A DNA stretch of 64,000 nt. Source: Nymphaea colorata. Taxonomy: Eukaryota. The stretch lies in assembly GCF_008831285.2 (NCBI RefSeq), contig NC_045138.2, positions 41,788,001 to 41,852,000 on the forward strand. Reading direction: 5' to 3'. Position numbers and translations under genes: made by a program. The notes beneath the pieces were generated by a model that saw only the letters and a list, made by a program, of their open reading frames with translations, made no database searches and had not been told where the DNA came from. The first letter of the stretch is position 1; each line of letters opens with the position of its first letter. Shown here piece after piece: positions 38,749 to 52,054 of this stretch.

Positions 38749-41700
38749 TGGTGGGAACCAAGACCCGGCTAGTGATTTCAAAGCCCGAGAATAGATCCCA
38801 AGTCCAAGATCAACTCGCGGGAGCCTAAAGTCCAAACTTAAGCAAATTATATTTACAAAACTTTTCCCGCCGAACAGCAACCCCGGCTTAATAGTACCCT
38901 GGGTATAAGATACAAGTATGTTTTCCCTGACCCAAGGCTTCAATCCTATTACAAAACTGAGGGGACTAAGGCTTGTACAAACACAAGCGATACAGATTTA
39001 ACTCTCACAACTCACTCATCATTCATTCACAAACCATTCATACAATCCCTAAGAACGGCCAAACCATGCCCTTTCCCTTTGGTGGTCAAGCTACTCGCAG
39101 CCGTGTCCTTGGCAAGGCGCCTTGGAGGGACTACCGACAGTAGCAAATGGCTAGAGCCTGGCTTAGAAAGCAAATGCACCCAATAACCCCATTCTATAGG
39201 ATGTTTAAAAGTTACCTAGCCGATGAGAGATCGGCTTAAACAGCAATAGGATCTGAGAGAAAACCAGTGGCTCAGCCACTCTCGGATATCATAGCAAGGA
39301 GGTGGAGTGGAGGCTAGACCCACCTGGTCTAGGACGCCTGGTCTTCTAGTAAGAACCGCCGAGAGTGATAGAGAATCACGACAATAGAAATGGATGGTGT
39401 ACGGCTGCTGCAGGCCTCGGTCGGCCAAGAGAGACAGCAAAGTGACGGAGGAGCGCCTGGATGGAGGCAGGGGCTCAGCCCACTTGGCCGAGGTCACCTT
39501 GGCGCCTAGGAAGATGTTCAGAAGATGGTTGCAGCGAGGGAGGCTGCAAAATGTCTTACTTGCTGTAGTAGAGATGCTAATTTGATCACGTGCAATCCTT
39601 GGAGATGGATCCTAACTAGTGAACTCCAAGGGGTCCGCCGAGCTCGGAACAAGGAGATGAGCTCGGTATGGGTTTAGGAAGGCTTAGTCTAGGTGATATG
39701 GGTCAGCTGAGCTCAGTATGATGTGTGAGCTCGGGTGGACTAGGTTCAGGTGAGTGAAGGAGGTACGGTAGCAGGTGGACTTAGTCTAGACGAGTGGTGA
39801 GGTTATTGCGAGTGGATCGGTTATGGTTTAGAGATAGGCTAAGGGGCATGCGTGGGGTGATGGAGAGTTAAGCCTACGTGAGGTGGGTAATAATGAGTAG
39901 GAATTGTTCTAAGGAAGGTTAAGCCAAGAGTCATGCGAGTGAAGGGGTTCCTAATGATGAAGGGGGGTTACTAATGACGAGGTAGAGGGTGATGAAGTGA
40001 GGTTAATTCTGGAGTTACAAGGTTTGGGTCAGTTACGAGGGATGAAGAGGCTAAGGAGTGGTGAAGGGCCTCCTAGCTACGAGAGTGTAACTTACCTCTT
40101 TAATTCTCAATGATGGCACATGGGAATGCGCAATGAAGTGAAGCAGTGCTGGCTCATACGTTGGAGACAAATGGCTAAGAAGAGCAGGATTGAAGCCTCG
40201 TGGTGTGAATGCTTGTGATTAAGTGCGTGAAAGAAGTGTAACTCCCAACTTAAAGATGAGAAGTTGAGAGGGAGGCTGCGGAGTGTAACGCTCACAGCTC
40301 GCGTCTCCTTTGCGCTAGGTGGGTGGATGACGAAGCTGCCCTCGGTTAGTAATTCTAACTTTGATATTGAATAAATCGTACCATGGGCAAACTAGGAAGA
40401 AGCAAAAAAAATATGGAACTCCATCGGGTTACGCCGGGAACGAATCAGCGACCCGATTTTCCGGCATGTCGACAGATTTCCAATCGAAGACTCGTTCTCA
40501 GTCGTGGATGAATGGAATCGCCTGAAAATTGACTGGGAGCTTGCTAAAATCTGGGCGATGCTAAAGGAATCAACGAGAGAGTGAAAACTGCCTTGAATTT
40601 GCTTAGAATTGGTCCGGAACTTGAGCCCAATTTGCTGATTGTTTCTGCTCAATCGAATGTGAAATTGTACTCAGACTTGAGGTTGGTGAGCAGTGGTTTA
40701 TTCTCCTTTGTTGAGCGCATAGTCAGAAATGGAATTTGAGTTGATTGACGCTCGTTCGAAGGAGCCCTTACGCTGGTCCCCTGTGGAGCTTGTCAGCAAC
40801 AACCGGCCGTCTACCGGTGAAGTTCCCAAACTCGCACAAGCTTCTCACCGCAAGAACACCAATCAAGCCGATCCTCAATCAGCCAAACTGACCGTCTATC
40901 CTCTGGTTTTGGGCAGAGAAGAGGGGTGACTTGGTTGATTTCGGATGGACTTCTGATTTCTGCTAGAGGATGAAGAACCAAGAAGAACAACGATTCGTAC
41001 CAAACCTCTTGCAGCCGGATGTCTCTACTCTAGTACTAGTCGGTCAAAACCACAGACCGATCTTCCCCAAGTCTTCCTGTGATACTTCTCTAGCCTCTAA
41101 CTTCTTCCGGGGATGAAGACGTTGCACCGTGAGAAGATGGCGACTAGGTCGGGGGAATTATGCGTAGGATGAAGAAACTCTAAGAGGAATTCCGGTAGCC
41201 TCGAGGAATGTCTCCAAGCTTGTTTTGCTTCAACCAGAGCCACGGCTTGGAGCCTTTGGATTCCGATCACCGGTGGTAAGACGATGAAGGGAAGAGAGAG
41301 GCAAGAGCCAATTCACACGAAAAACTCAACTTCTAATTCTTGATTGCATAATGAAAAATGACTTACAAAAGAGTTTAAGTACTTGAAATAAAACTGGTTC
41401 TTAACATGTGAACCGAGACACTTGCTGAAATGAAATGACTCAACTATAAAGCAAAAGCATAAAAGGAGACCGAGACGAGACGTCTCAAATGTTTAGTGAG
41501 TTTGGCCTCTCCCTCACGGGTTCAGCCATATAACTTGCCTAAGTTCGGCCTTAGGCTTGCCACGCGTGGACTGGGTCAGGACTAGACTCAGGGTTCGAAC
41601 TCACTATAACCGGATCTAGGTCTAGTTCCCGTGCCTGTTCCGCCTTGAAGTCTTCAACCCGCTGCCCGCGCTCTGCTGATGATGGTCCGCCCACACCGCC

Positions 41701-41845
41701 CGCTGCATCAACTTCAAGTTCTATGTTAGCCTCCCTTAGCTGATCTATGCTTTTCAACATGCTGGCCGATGGCGCTTGACTCTCTTGGCCTTGCTTGGCA
41801 GTGCTGGCCCTGGTTCTTGGCCTCCTAGTGGGAAGGTCTGCATCA
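38749..41845 (-). repeat. 3' LTR, 3097 bp
   Basis: TG...CA ends, direct repeat of 47146-50169, adjacent to the PPT. Confidence 0.96.
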
Positions 41846-41862
41846 GATCCTCCCTCCTAACC

Positions 41863-44800
41863 TCAAGCTTGCTCCCAAGCTCGTGCAGTGGGAAAACGAT
41901 TAACTATCTGCTCAAATTCTTCCCACGAAGTGCCGTTGTCTGGTCCTTCCCATTGAACCATAACTTCATGACACAGTCTACCATTCCGATGAACATGTCT
42001 ATGTTTAAGAATTCGGTATGGTATTGGTTGTTGTTGGCTCGAAATTTGTTCAATCTGCCTTGGCACTTCCCCAACATGCGGTTTCAGCCGAGAAACATGA
42101 AAGACTGGATGGACTGAGGCCGTTTGTGGGAGGCCTAATCTGTAAGCTGCTTTCCCAATCTTTTGTAGCACTGGGAATGGCCCAAAAAAACTTGGTAAAA
42201 GCTTAGAGTAAGGCTGCCCTAAGAGAGACTTTTGCCTCATTGGCAATCTTTTAAGCCATACGTAGTCTCCTACCATAAATTCACGATCCTTCCTGCCCTT
42301 GTCATATGTCTGTTTCATTCGATTTTGGGCTTTGATGATATTCTTCTTTAGTGATGCTAGCACCTCTTCCCTTGTGCGTAGCTCACAATCAACCTTATCT
42401 TCCTTTGACGTGCCTTCTTCATATTTTGGAATTGTTGGGAGAGGAATTTCATAGAGAGCTTCGTATGGAGTGGTCTAAGTAGACAAGTGCCAACTCGTAT
42501 TGTAGGACCATTCAGCCCATGAGAGATACTTTACCCAAGAGTTGGGTCTTTCTCCTGCAACGCAACAGAGATATGTTTCTAAAGAACGGTTGACCACTTC
42601 ACTTTACCCATCGGTCTGAGGATGGTGGGCAGTACTGAATTGGATTGTTGTTCCCATCTGCTTCATATATTCTCTCCAAAATTCACTCATGAAGATTGAA
42701 TCTCTATCGCAGACTATTGTCTGAGGCATGCCATGTAGTTTCCCTACGTGATCTTGGTACTTAGCAGCCACCATCTGTCCATGATATTTCTTAGGCAAGT
42801 GAACGAAGTGGCTATACTTTGTTAACCTGTCGATCACCACGAGTATGGCTTCCTTGTTTTCTGTTCGTGGAAGGGCATCTATGAAATTCATGGTGACATC
42901 GGTCCATGGCTTTTTCGGCACTGGTAAGGGATTTAGATGGCCCGGAGGCTTAATTCCCTCATACTTTTCACGTTGGCAAATTTGACACTATTTAACATAA
43001 TTCCTCATGTCTGCCTTCATTCCGGTCCACCAAAATTGAGCCTTCACTCGGTGGAGTGTTTTGACTACTCCTTCATGGCCGGCTGATGGAGTGGAATGAA
43101 AATGTTGTTGTAATTCTTGCTTTAGGGCCGATTTAGGTGGAACCACCGTGCGGTTCTTTCTCATAAGTAATCTGCCCTTGATGGTATAGTGGGGAATGGT
43201 CCCTGGTTTTTGAGTGATGGAGGCTTTGATGAGCCTCAACCCTTCGTCCTTTAGTTGCTCACTAGCTATTTGGTCCCATAAATTGGTCCCTATGATTGAA
43301 AGCGTCAAGAATTGTTCACCCAACTTTGATAGTGCATCTGCCACAGTATTATCTGGCAATTTCAAAATCGTATCCAAGGAGTTTGGCCAACCACCTTTGT
43401 TGTGTTGGTGTTGAAACTCGTTGTTTGAGTATGTATTTAAGGCTATTCTGATCTGTCTTCACGATGAATCTTCGGCCTATGAGGTAAGGCCTCCATTTCT
43501 CAACTGACAACACTATGGCAAGAAGTTCTTTCTTGTATGTCGATAACGGTTTGGCTCGATTGGTGAGAGCCTTTGACATATATGCTATAGGGTGATTTTC
43601 TTAGCTGAGGACAGCTCCTATGCCAATGTCACAAGCATCTGTTTCAATAGTGAAAGGCTTGCTAAAATCGAGCAAGGTGAGAACAGGTGCTGTCATGAGT
43701 GGCGATTTCAATTTCTGAAATGCTTCTCTTGCTTTGTCTGACCAAGCGAATGCTCCTTTCTTAGTCATTTGGGTTAATGGGGCAGTTATGAGCGCATAGC
43801 CTTGAATGAATCTTCTATAATAGCCGGTTAACCCAAGAAATCGACGGAGGCTTTTCAAGTCTTTAGGCAAAGGCCAGTTGTTCATTGCCTCTAATTTTTC
43901 AGGGTTTTGCTTTTACCCCTTCTTTGGATACTATGTGCCCAAGATATCCGATTGAGGGTTGGCCAAAGCTGCATTTTGACCTCTTAGCATAAAGACGATG
44001 TTCCCTCAAAATTTGTAAGGCCATGGCCAAGTGGGCAGCATGTTGCTCTACTGACTGGCTATATACGAGAATGTCATCAAAGAATACCAAGATAAAGTTT
44101 CTAAGATACCTCCTGAAAACATCATTCATGTACCTCTGGAATGTGGCGGGTTCATTGGTTAAGCCAAAAGGCATCACCAAGAACTCATAGTGTCCATCAT
44201 GAGTTCTAAAAGATGTTTTTGGAATGTCTTCATCGTGCATTCTAATCTGGTGGTAGCCTGCCCGTAGGTCTATTTTGGAAAACACAGAGGCACCGGTTAA
44301 CTCATCTAGAAGTTCGTCGATTACCGGTATTGGATGTCGGTCCTTCACGGTTGCCTCATTTAGTGCTCTATAGTCCACGCAGAAGTGTCATATGTTATCT
44401 TTCTTTTAACTAATAAGACTGGTGAGGAGAAAGGACTGCAGCTAGGGCGTATGATACCACCCTCTATCATTTCCTTAACCAATTTTTCAATTTCTGCTTT
44501 TTGGTGATGACCATAACGATAAGGTCGAACGTTGACAGGTTCGGCACCCTGATTCATGATGATTCTATGGTCATAAGCTCGACGTGGAGGAAGTCCCTTC
44601 GGTTCCTCAAAGAGATCTGAAAACTGTTCAAGCACGTGTTGAACCTCGGCTGGTATATTTTCTTCTTGCTCATCTTTGGCTAGTATGTCCATGGCCATAG
44701 TAACAACCCAAAACGTTGGTTGTTGGGCGACTAGTGCTTTAAGTGCTGCCTTTGGTTCAACGTTGGTATTTACTGCCTTTAGGGTGATGTTTTGGTCACC

Positions 44801-46276
44801 TCCCTCCTTGGCAAAAGACATACTCATGTCTTTGAAATTCCAAGAGATGTTTCCTAGAGTCTCTAGCCATTGTACCCCCAATACCACATCGACACCACCG
44901 ATGGGGAGTACTAAAAGATCGACCGTGAATGGTACCTTTTGCATGCATAGTGGGACGCCTTTGCATTTTTGTGTACATACGAGTTTGGACCCATCTCCTA
45001 CCATGACTGAGATTGGCTATTGTTCTTCTAGTGGGCACCCAACTGCTTGAGCTGCCTCTTCACTAACAAAATTGTGTGTAGCACCCGAGTCTAGGAGTAC
45101 TACTACTTTATGCTTTCCAATCTTACCAACAACTCTCATGGCATTCGGTCTTTTTGGGTCTGTCAAGGCATGACATGTCCCTTCAATAGTCTCAGATGCA
45201 CTTGTATCAGTCTTGGCCTCATTCGGACTAGGAGGATTTGTGTCTTGGCTAGACTATTCTTCTTCTTCATCGCTTTCATCAATGACTTCAAAAACTTGAA
45301 GATTTTTACACTTGTGAGTATGACTCCATGGTTCCTTACAATTGAAACATTGATTGTTTTTTATCATTTGTTCCATCTCTTGCCTAGTTATGTAAGTGGT
45401 AGGCACTCGATCACGGTAGAGGGGTTTTTGTTCTTCTCTTTTGTAGGGCATAGGCTTTCTTGGTGGTAGCCCTTTGTACTTGGTTGGCTCATTGCCCTTA
45501 TAGGGTTTTCGTAAGGCATCCTTGCGCCTATTTCTCTCTTCTATTGCTCGAGCCTCGGTGAAACATTCAACCAAATCGGTGTATTTTCTTCGCTGTATGT
45601 CTATCTTGAAGAAATGTTTGGCATCAATCCCTGTGAAACGTGGGAAGTCAATCTTAACGGTTGGGTTTCTTCTTCTTGGATGAGTTTGGTTGCGTCTGCC
45701 TCTAAAGGGTTCTCTGTCAACAATCACCATATCCTCATCTTCCTCACTTTCATCTTTGCCCTGGTTCTTACTAAAATGCTGGTTTTGGGGCGCTTGTTGC
45801 TGGCTGCTAGAGCCGAACCTAAAATGGAAATCGGGCCCTTGATGTTGTCCCTAGCTTCCTTGGCCTTCGGGTTGCCTGGTGCCATTATGGCCGAAGTGAT
45901 CGAACTGGTTAAAACTATTGGAAAAAGGAGGGACAAATTGGTTGTTCATTGGCACCTTGCCTTTGTCCTGATTCGGGGTGGTGCCTTGTGTGGTTCGGTC
46001 AAATTGTTCCATTCTTTTCATCAACGTGTTTTGGCCAACAATCAAGGAAGTCATCATTTGCTTCATCTGGTCCCATTCATCAAGTTTACTAAGAGACTTC
46101 TTGTACTCATGTAGTTCATGATGCATTTGGTTCATGCTAGACTCAAGGGAATTCACTCGGCCTTGGTGTAAGGTTTCCATATCAAGTAAGTTGGATTCGA
46201 TTTGTTCTTCTCGGCTGGAAGTCTCAACTTCTTGCTCGGGAGAATAATGGACAGTGGGTTTGGCCTTCTTCTCCAT
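41863..46276 (-). pseudogene. Chromovirus gag-pol, disrupted by stops, frameshifts and an apparent gag deletion
   Basis: [39 protein letters not shown]...[15 protein letters not shown]...[24 protein letters not shown]...GH...CQIC, IVCDRD, GPF, and chromodomain EVMVQWEG...SWE. Confidence 0.95.
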
Positions 46277-47131
46277 TGAAATTTCTGCTCTTAGTCCTGT
46301 CGCATGGCTGATCCAACAATCAACAATCTGCTGCTACTGCTAACGACTGAAGAGGAAACCTCTTGTTAGTGGGCTGGTTGCTAGAAGTTCTTCAGAAAAC
46401 CAGTGCTGCTTGTAAATTCAATAACTTCACTTCCAGAACTCTAAAAATCGTGAAACTTGGTTGAAAAATACTAGACACGATAGGGAATCCAATGACATGA
46501 AGTTCAGTTTCTAATTCCTCCCCAATCTAAGTCGATCTGCCTAGAAAGTCACGCCTGGACCTCGTTTGTCAAGCTTGTCGCTCGTTCTTCAGCCGCACAG
46601 GAAACTTTCAGCGACAGGGGTCCACTCAAAAATTCATAACTTTTCAACCGTAACTCCAAAAAATCTGAAATTTAAACTGAAGATACCTGAAAAGAGGCGC
46701 TTCCAACAAGCCTAACCTCGACCAATTCCGATTCCAGAGGTGACAGCGCCGGCCACCGGAATACGGCGTAGTTTCTGGTCTCTCAGAAACTGTAATATGC
46801 TTGCTGTGAATGTGTAATTTGGCCTCTGCTGCGCCAATTTAACTCCATTTCTCACGAAATTTGGACAGAATGTCTCTGAAATATTTACGAACAGGTTGGT
46901 AGGAAGCCCGCTCACAGATCACCAAAACTTTGCCTGATATACTTGTTTGATTGGTCTGGACTGTTCTCACTTTTCTTCAGACAGCTGCTACTCTAACACT
47001 ACCAGCTATGAAATCCGAGTGTAAACTTCCAAAACTCCACTTAAATCTGATATAACCTTCTGCCAAACTGAAAAATCCTCCGCTATACTCTGAAAACCCA
47101 ACTGAAATATACCACTGGCTGCCGCAAGTGT

Positions 47132-47143
47132 GCTCTGATACCA
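47132..47143 (-). promoter_or_regulatory. Primer binding site complementary to tRNA-iMet
   Basis: TGGTATCAGAGC on the minus strand, 2 nt from the LTR. Confidence 0.93.
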
Positions 47144-47145
47144 AC

Positions 47146-50100
47146 TAGTGGGAACCCAGACCTGGCTAGTGATTTCAAAGCCCGAGAATAGATCCCAAGT
47201 CCAGGATCAACTCGTGGGAGCCTAAAGTCCAAACTTAAGCAAATTGTATTTACAAAACTTTTCCCGCCGGACAGCAACCCTAGCTTAATAGTACCCTGGG
47301 TATAAGATACAAGTATGTTTTCCCTGACCCAAGGCTTCAATCCTATTACAAAACTGAGGGGATTAAAGCTTGTACAAATGCGAGCGATACAGATTTAACT
47401 CTCACAACTCACTCATCATTCATTCACAAACCATTCATACAATCCCTAAGAACGGCCAAACCATGCCCTTTCCCTTTGGTGGTCTACCTACTCGCAGCCG
47501 TGTCCTTGGCAAGGTGCCTTGGAGGGACTACCGACAGTAGCAAATGGCTAGAGCCTGGCTTAGAAAGCAAATGCACCCAATAACCCTGTTCTATAGGATG
47601 TTTAGAAGTTACCTAGAAGATGAGAGATCAGCTTAAACAACAATAGGATTCGAGAGAAAACCAGTGACTCAGCCACTCTCAGATATCACAGCAAGGAGGT
47701 GGAGTGGAAGCTAGACCCACCTGGTCTAGGATGCCTGGTTTTCTAGTAAAAACTACCGAGAGTGATAGAGGATCATGACAACAGAAATGGATGGTGTACG
47801 GCTGCTGCAGGCCTCGGTCGGCCAAGAGAGACAGCAAAGTGACGGAGGAGCGCCTGGATGGAGGCATGGGCTCAGCCCACTTGGCCGAGGTCACCTTGGC
47901 GCCTAGGAAGATGTTCGGGAGATGGTTGCAGCGAGGGAGGCTGCAAAATGACTTACTTGCTGTAGTAGAGATGCTAATTTGATCACGTGCAATCCTTGGA
48001 GATGGATCCTAACTAGTGAACTCCAAGGGGTCCGCCGAGCTCGGAACAAGGAGATGAGCTCGGTATGGGTTTAGGAAGGCTTAGTCTAGGTGATATGGGT
48101 CAGCTGAGCTCAGTATGATGTGTGAGCTCGGGTGGACTAGGTTCAGGTGAGTGACAGAGGTACGGTAGCAGGTGGACTTAGTCTAGACGAGTGGTGAGGT
48201 TATTGCAAGTGGATCGGTTATGGTTTAGAGATAGGCTAAGGGGCATGCGTGGGGTGATGGAGAGTTAAGCCTACATGAGGTGGGTAATAATGAGTAGGAA
48301 TTGTTCTAAGGAAGGTTAAGCCAAGAGTCATGCGAGTGAAGGGGTTCCTAATGATGAAGGGGGGTTACTAATGACGAGGTAGAGGGTGATGAAGAGGTTA
48401 ATTCTGGAGTTACAGGGTTTGGGTCAGTTACGAGGGATGAAGAGGCTAAGGAGTGGCCAAGGGCCTCCTAGCTACTAGAGTGGAACTTACCTCTTTAATT
48501 CTCAATGATGGCACATGGGAATGCGCAATGAAGTGAGGGCAGTGCTGGCTCATACGTTGGAGACAAATGGCTAAGAAGAGCTGGATTGAAGCCTCGTGGT
48601 GTGAATGCTTGTGATTAAGTGCGTGAAAGAAGTGTAACTCCCAACTTAAAGACGAGAAGCTGAGAGGGAGGCTACGGAGTGTAACGCTCGCAGCTCGCGT
48701 CTCCTTTTCGCTAGGTGGGTGGATGACGAAGCTGCCCCCTCGATTAGTAATTCTGACTTTGATATTGAATAAATCGTACCATGGGCAAACTAGGAAGAAG
48801 CAAAAAAAATATGGAACTCCGTCGGGTTATGCTGGGAACGAAGCAGCGACCCGATTTTCCGGCGTGTGGACAGATTTCCGATCGGAGACTCGTTCTCAGC
48901 TGTGGATGAATGGAATCGCCAAAAAATTGGCTGGGAGCTTGCTAAGATTTTGGCGATGTTAAAGGAATCAACGAGAGAGTGAAAACTGCCTTGAATTTGC
49001 TTAGAATTGGTCCGGAACTTGCACCCAATTTGCTGATTGTTTCTGCTCAACCGAATGTGAAATTTTACTCAGACTTGAGGTTGGTGAGCAGTGGTTTATT
49101 CTCCTTTGTTGAGCACACGGTCAGAAATGGAATTTGAGTTTATTGGCACTCGTTCGAAGGAGCCCTTACGCTGGTCCCCCGTGGAGCTTGTGAGCAACAA
49201 TCGGCCGTCTACCGGTGAAGTTCCCAAACTCGTACAGGCTTCTCACCACAAGAACACCAATCAAGCCGAATCAGCCAAACTCACCGTCTATCCTCTGGTT
49301 TTGGGCAGAGAAGAGGGGCGACTTGGTTGATTTCGGATAAACTTCTGATTTCTGCTAGAGGATGAAGAACCAAGGAGAACAACGATTCTTACCAAACCTC
49401 TTGCAGCCGGATGTCTCTACTCGAGTACTAGTCGGTCAGAACCACGGACCGATCTTCCCCAAGTCTTCCCGTGATACTTCTCCAGCCTCTAACTTCTTCC
49501 GGGGATGAAGACATTGCACCGTGAGAAGATGGCGACTAGGTCGGGGAATTATGCGTAGGATGAAGAAACTCCAAGAGGAATTCCGGTAGCCTCGAGGAAT
49601 GTCTCCAAGCTTGTTTTACTTCAACTAGAGCCACGGGTTGGAGCCTTTGCATTCCGATCACCGGCGGTAAGACGATGAAGGGAAGAGAGAGGCAAGAGCC
49701 AATTCACATGAAAGACTCAACTTCTAATTCTTGATTGCATAATGAAAAAAGACTTACAAAAGAGTTTAAGTTCTTGAAATAAAACCAGTTTTTAACATGT
49801 GAACCGAGACGAGACGTCTCGAATGTTTAGTGAGTTTGGCCTCTCCCTCACGGGTTCAGCCATATAACTTGCCTAAGTTCGGCCTTAGGCTTGCCACGCG
49901 TGGACTGGGTCAGGACTAGACTCAGGGTTCGAACTCACTATAACCAGATCTAGGTCTAGTTCCCATGCCTGTTCTGCCTTGAAGTCTTCAACCCGCTGCC
50001 CGCGCTCCGCTGATGATGCTCCGCCCACACCGCCCGCTGCATCAACTTCAAGTTCTATGTTAGCCTCCCTTAGCTGATCTATGCTTTTCAACATGCTGGC

Positions 50101-50169
50101 CGATGGCGCTTGACTCTCTTGGCCTTGCTGGCCCTGGTTCTCGGCCTCCTGGTGGGAAGGTCTGCATCA
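47146..50169 (-). repeat. 5' LTR, 3024 bp
   Basis: Direct repeat of 38749-41845, next to the PBS. Its inner terminal dinucleotide is mutated (TA instead of TG on the plus strand). Confidence 0.96.
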
Positions 50170-50173
50170 TGAC

Positions 50174-51301
50174 CTATGTCACACGGATACGTGGGATTGG
50201 CCCATGTATCCGTATCGATACACCCATACGGCGATCCGAATACGGATACTTCATGGATACATTTGGATCGGGTTTGGTTCAGACCCGATCCAAACTTTAA
50301 AAAAATGATCCGTTAAATGAAATTAGGTCGACCACTCCGCTCAACCTTCACCTGACGTTCTTCCTCTTCACCCAACGGCAGACCTTCACCCGACGAGCGA
50401 TGGTGGGCGGCGGTGACGACTTCCGGCAACCGACGGCGACGTCCTGTCTTCGCCGTCAACAGCCGGCGACGGACAGGTAAGTGGATTTTTTTTTTCGTTT
50501 AGTTTCGAGTTTAATGTGTTCTTCTTCTTTATTTGGGGGTTTTTAAGGGTTTTCAGATTGCTTCAACTCATTCACTTACCTGTCTGCGACTCTTTCTTGC
50601 CAACGTAAATGGATTATATTGGATATCTTCAACACATTTTCTGTTTCTCTTTCTTGCCAACATAAATGGATTATGAGCTCTTTCGTTTCGAGTTTAATGT
50701 GTTCCTCTTCACTCATGATTATGTTGGATTGCTTCAACACATTTTCTGCGACTCTTTCTTGCCAACATAAATGGATTATGAGTTGCGCTACTAATCGGGA
50801 GTTGAACAACTTCAGAAATGCGAGTTCAGAACCATTTTAAATGTTGGGTTTTCAGATCTTTCACTGCGTTGAGATCAGAACTTATGACAAACTGAAGATA
50901 ATTAACTGCATTAGCATCTTATGGGTTATACAACTCATTCGAAGTACATTTAGATAGTAAGATCCAGCTAAAGAGCCCATGTGCCGTGATAAGGTATCAG
51001 AGCATAAAAATATATATTTAAAGATCTCTGTGAACTAGAGATCTTCAACAGTAAGAGACTAGAGAGTTAAGTTGCTCATCATCGACTGACATTGACAATG
51101 AGTAGAATGATGATAATCAACAATGTTTTGTGATGACTGATGAACAATGTTAATGTTTTGTGATAAACAATGTTTGTTTGTTTGTCTTTTTTTCAATTTA
51201 TAAATTTTTTGATAATATTATATTTGTCGTATCCGCGTATCCAGAAATTGTGAAACTTGCCATATCCGCACCCGTATCACACCCGCACCCGTGTGACATA
51301 G
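50174..51301. mobile_element. Non-autonomous hAT element, 1128 bp
   Basis: 13-bp TIRs CTATGTCACACGG (50174-50186) and CCGTGTGACATAG (51289-51301). 8-bp TSD GTGGTGAC at 38740-38747 and 51302-51309 once the Gypsy is removed. Subterminal ggatac/gtatcc repeats. Confidence 0.9.
50580..50781. repeat. Three internal direct repeats within the hAT
   Basis: ctctttcttgccaac(a/g)taaatggattat near 50590, 50647 and 50752. Confidence 0.8.
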
Positions 51302-52054
51302 GTGGTGACACTAGCAAATAACAAAGTGGCATTCCATAAGTGCCCTTCAAAAATCGGGCAACGAAGTGACAAATGTAAAATGGTTAAGAAGTTGGCATTC
51401 TATAAATGCCTTTTAAGTTTAGGCAATGACACGACAAACAAAAAAGTGGCATTTCGAAAACAGCCTTTGTGTGCTTCTGCAATAAAATGAGTTTCAAATG
51501 CTACTCAAAATGTTTTTTTTACACTTGCCGCCTTTATTTTAGCGAAATCTTGTTTCTAAACAGCGACTTTAGTTTCTCCACTCAATCAAGAGGGACTCGA
51601 TGCAACTTCTGTTTGATTAAAGCATCTAATGACGTGCTCGCAAACCACACTCCCAATAAACAATAACGAAAGGTATGTAAAAGACATTGGGCATAAATCA
51701 TTTCACTCTACAGGCAATGGTGAGTACTTGCATCACTTGTTTATAGGGAAGACATTTGAAGGGTGAAATGTGAAGAAGATTCTATCAATGCATAACTAGA
51801 GTATACATTGATTGGTCACAACTACATGCAATAAAAGAGACAGCAAGTTGTTACAGTTGACATGTTCAAGCATTTGTAATACACTATTCATATTAAACTC
51901 GAGCAACATGTACAAAATATATTATTCCAGGTTACTCTCATCATCGTCTAAGTGTAAAATATTATGAGCTATCATTCTAGTTCTGATCATATCTATCACA
52001 CTTTTAAAACAGGAACATTATGGAAGATCAGTTCATTATAATGTTACTGATGTC

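Larger units (their letters stand above)
38749..50169 (-). mobile_element. Full-length Ty3/Gypsy chromovirus with ~3-kb LTRs, inactivated
   Basis: TSD TGACC at 38744-38748 and 50170-50174. LTRs 38749-41845 and 47146-50169. iMet PBS gctctgatacca at 47132-47143. PPT at 41846-41858. gag-PR-RT-RH-INT-chromodomain on the minus strand. Confidence 0.97.

Noticed and set aside
38704..50300. Pairs of near-identical small ORFs (for example 39394/47791, 40729/49091, 41551/49885)
   Set aside because: They are duplicated only because they lie in the two LTRs. No domains, and their stops differ between copies.
50993..51003. ggtatcagagc PBS-like motif inside the hAT
   Set aside because: No adjacent LTR end or gag, so probably chance.
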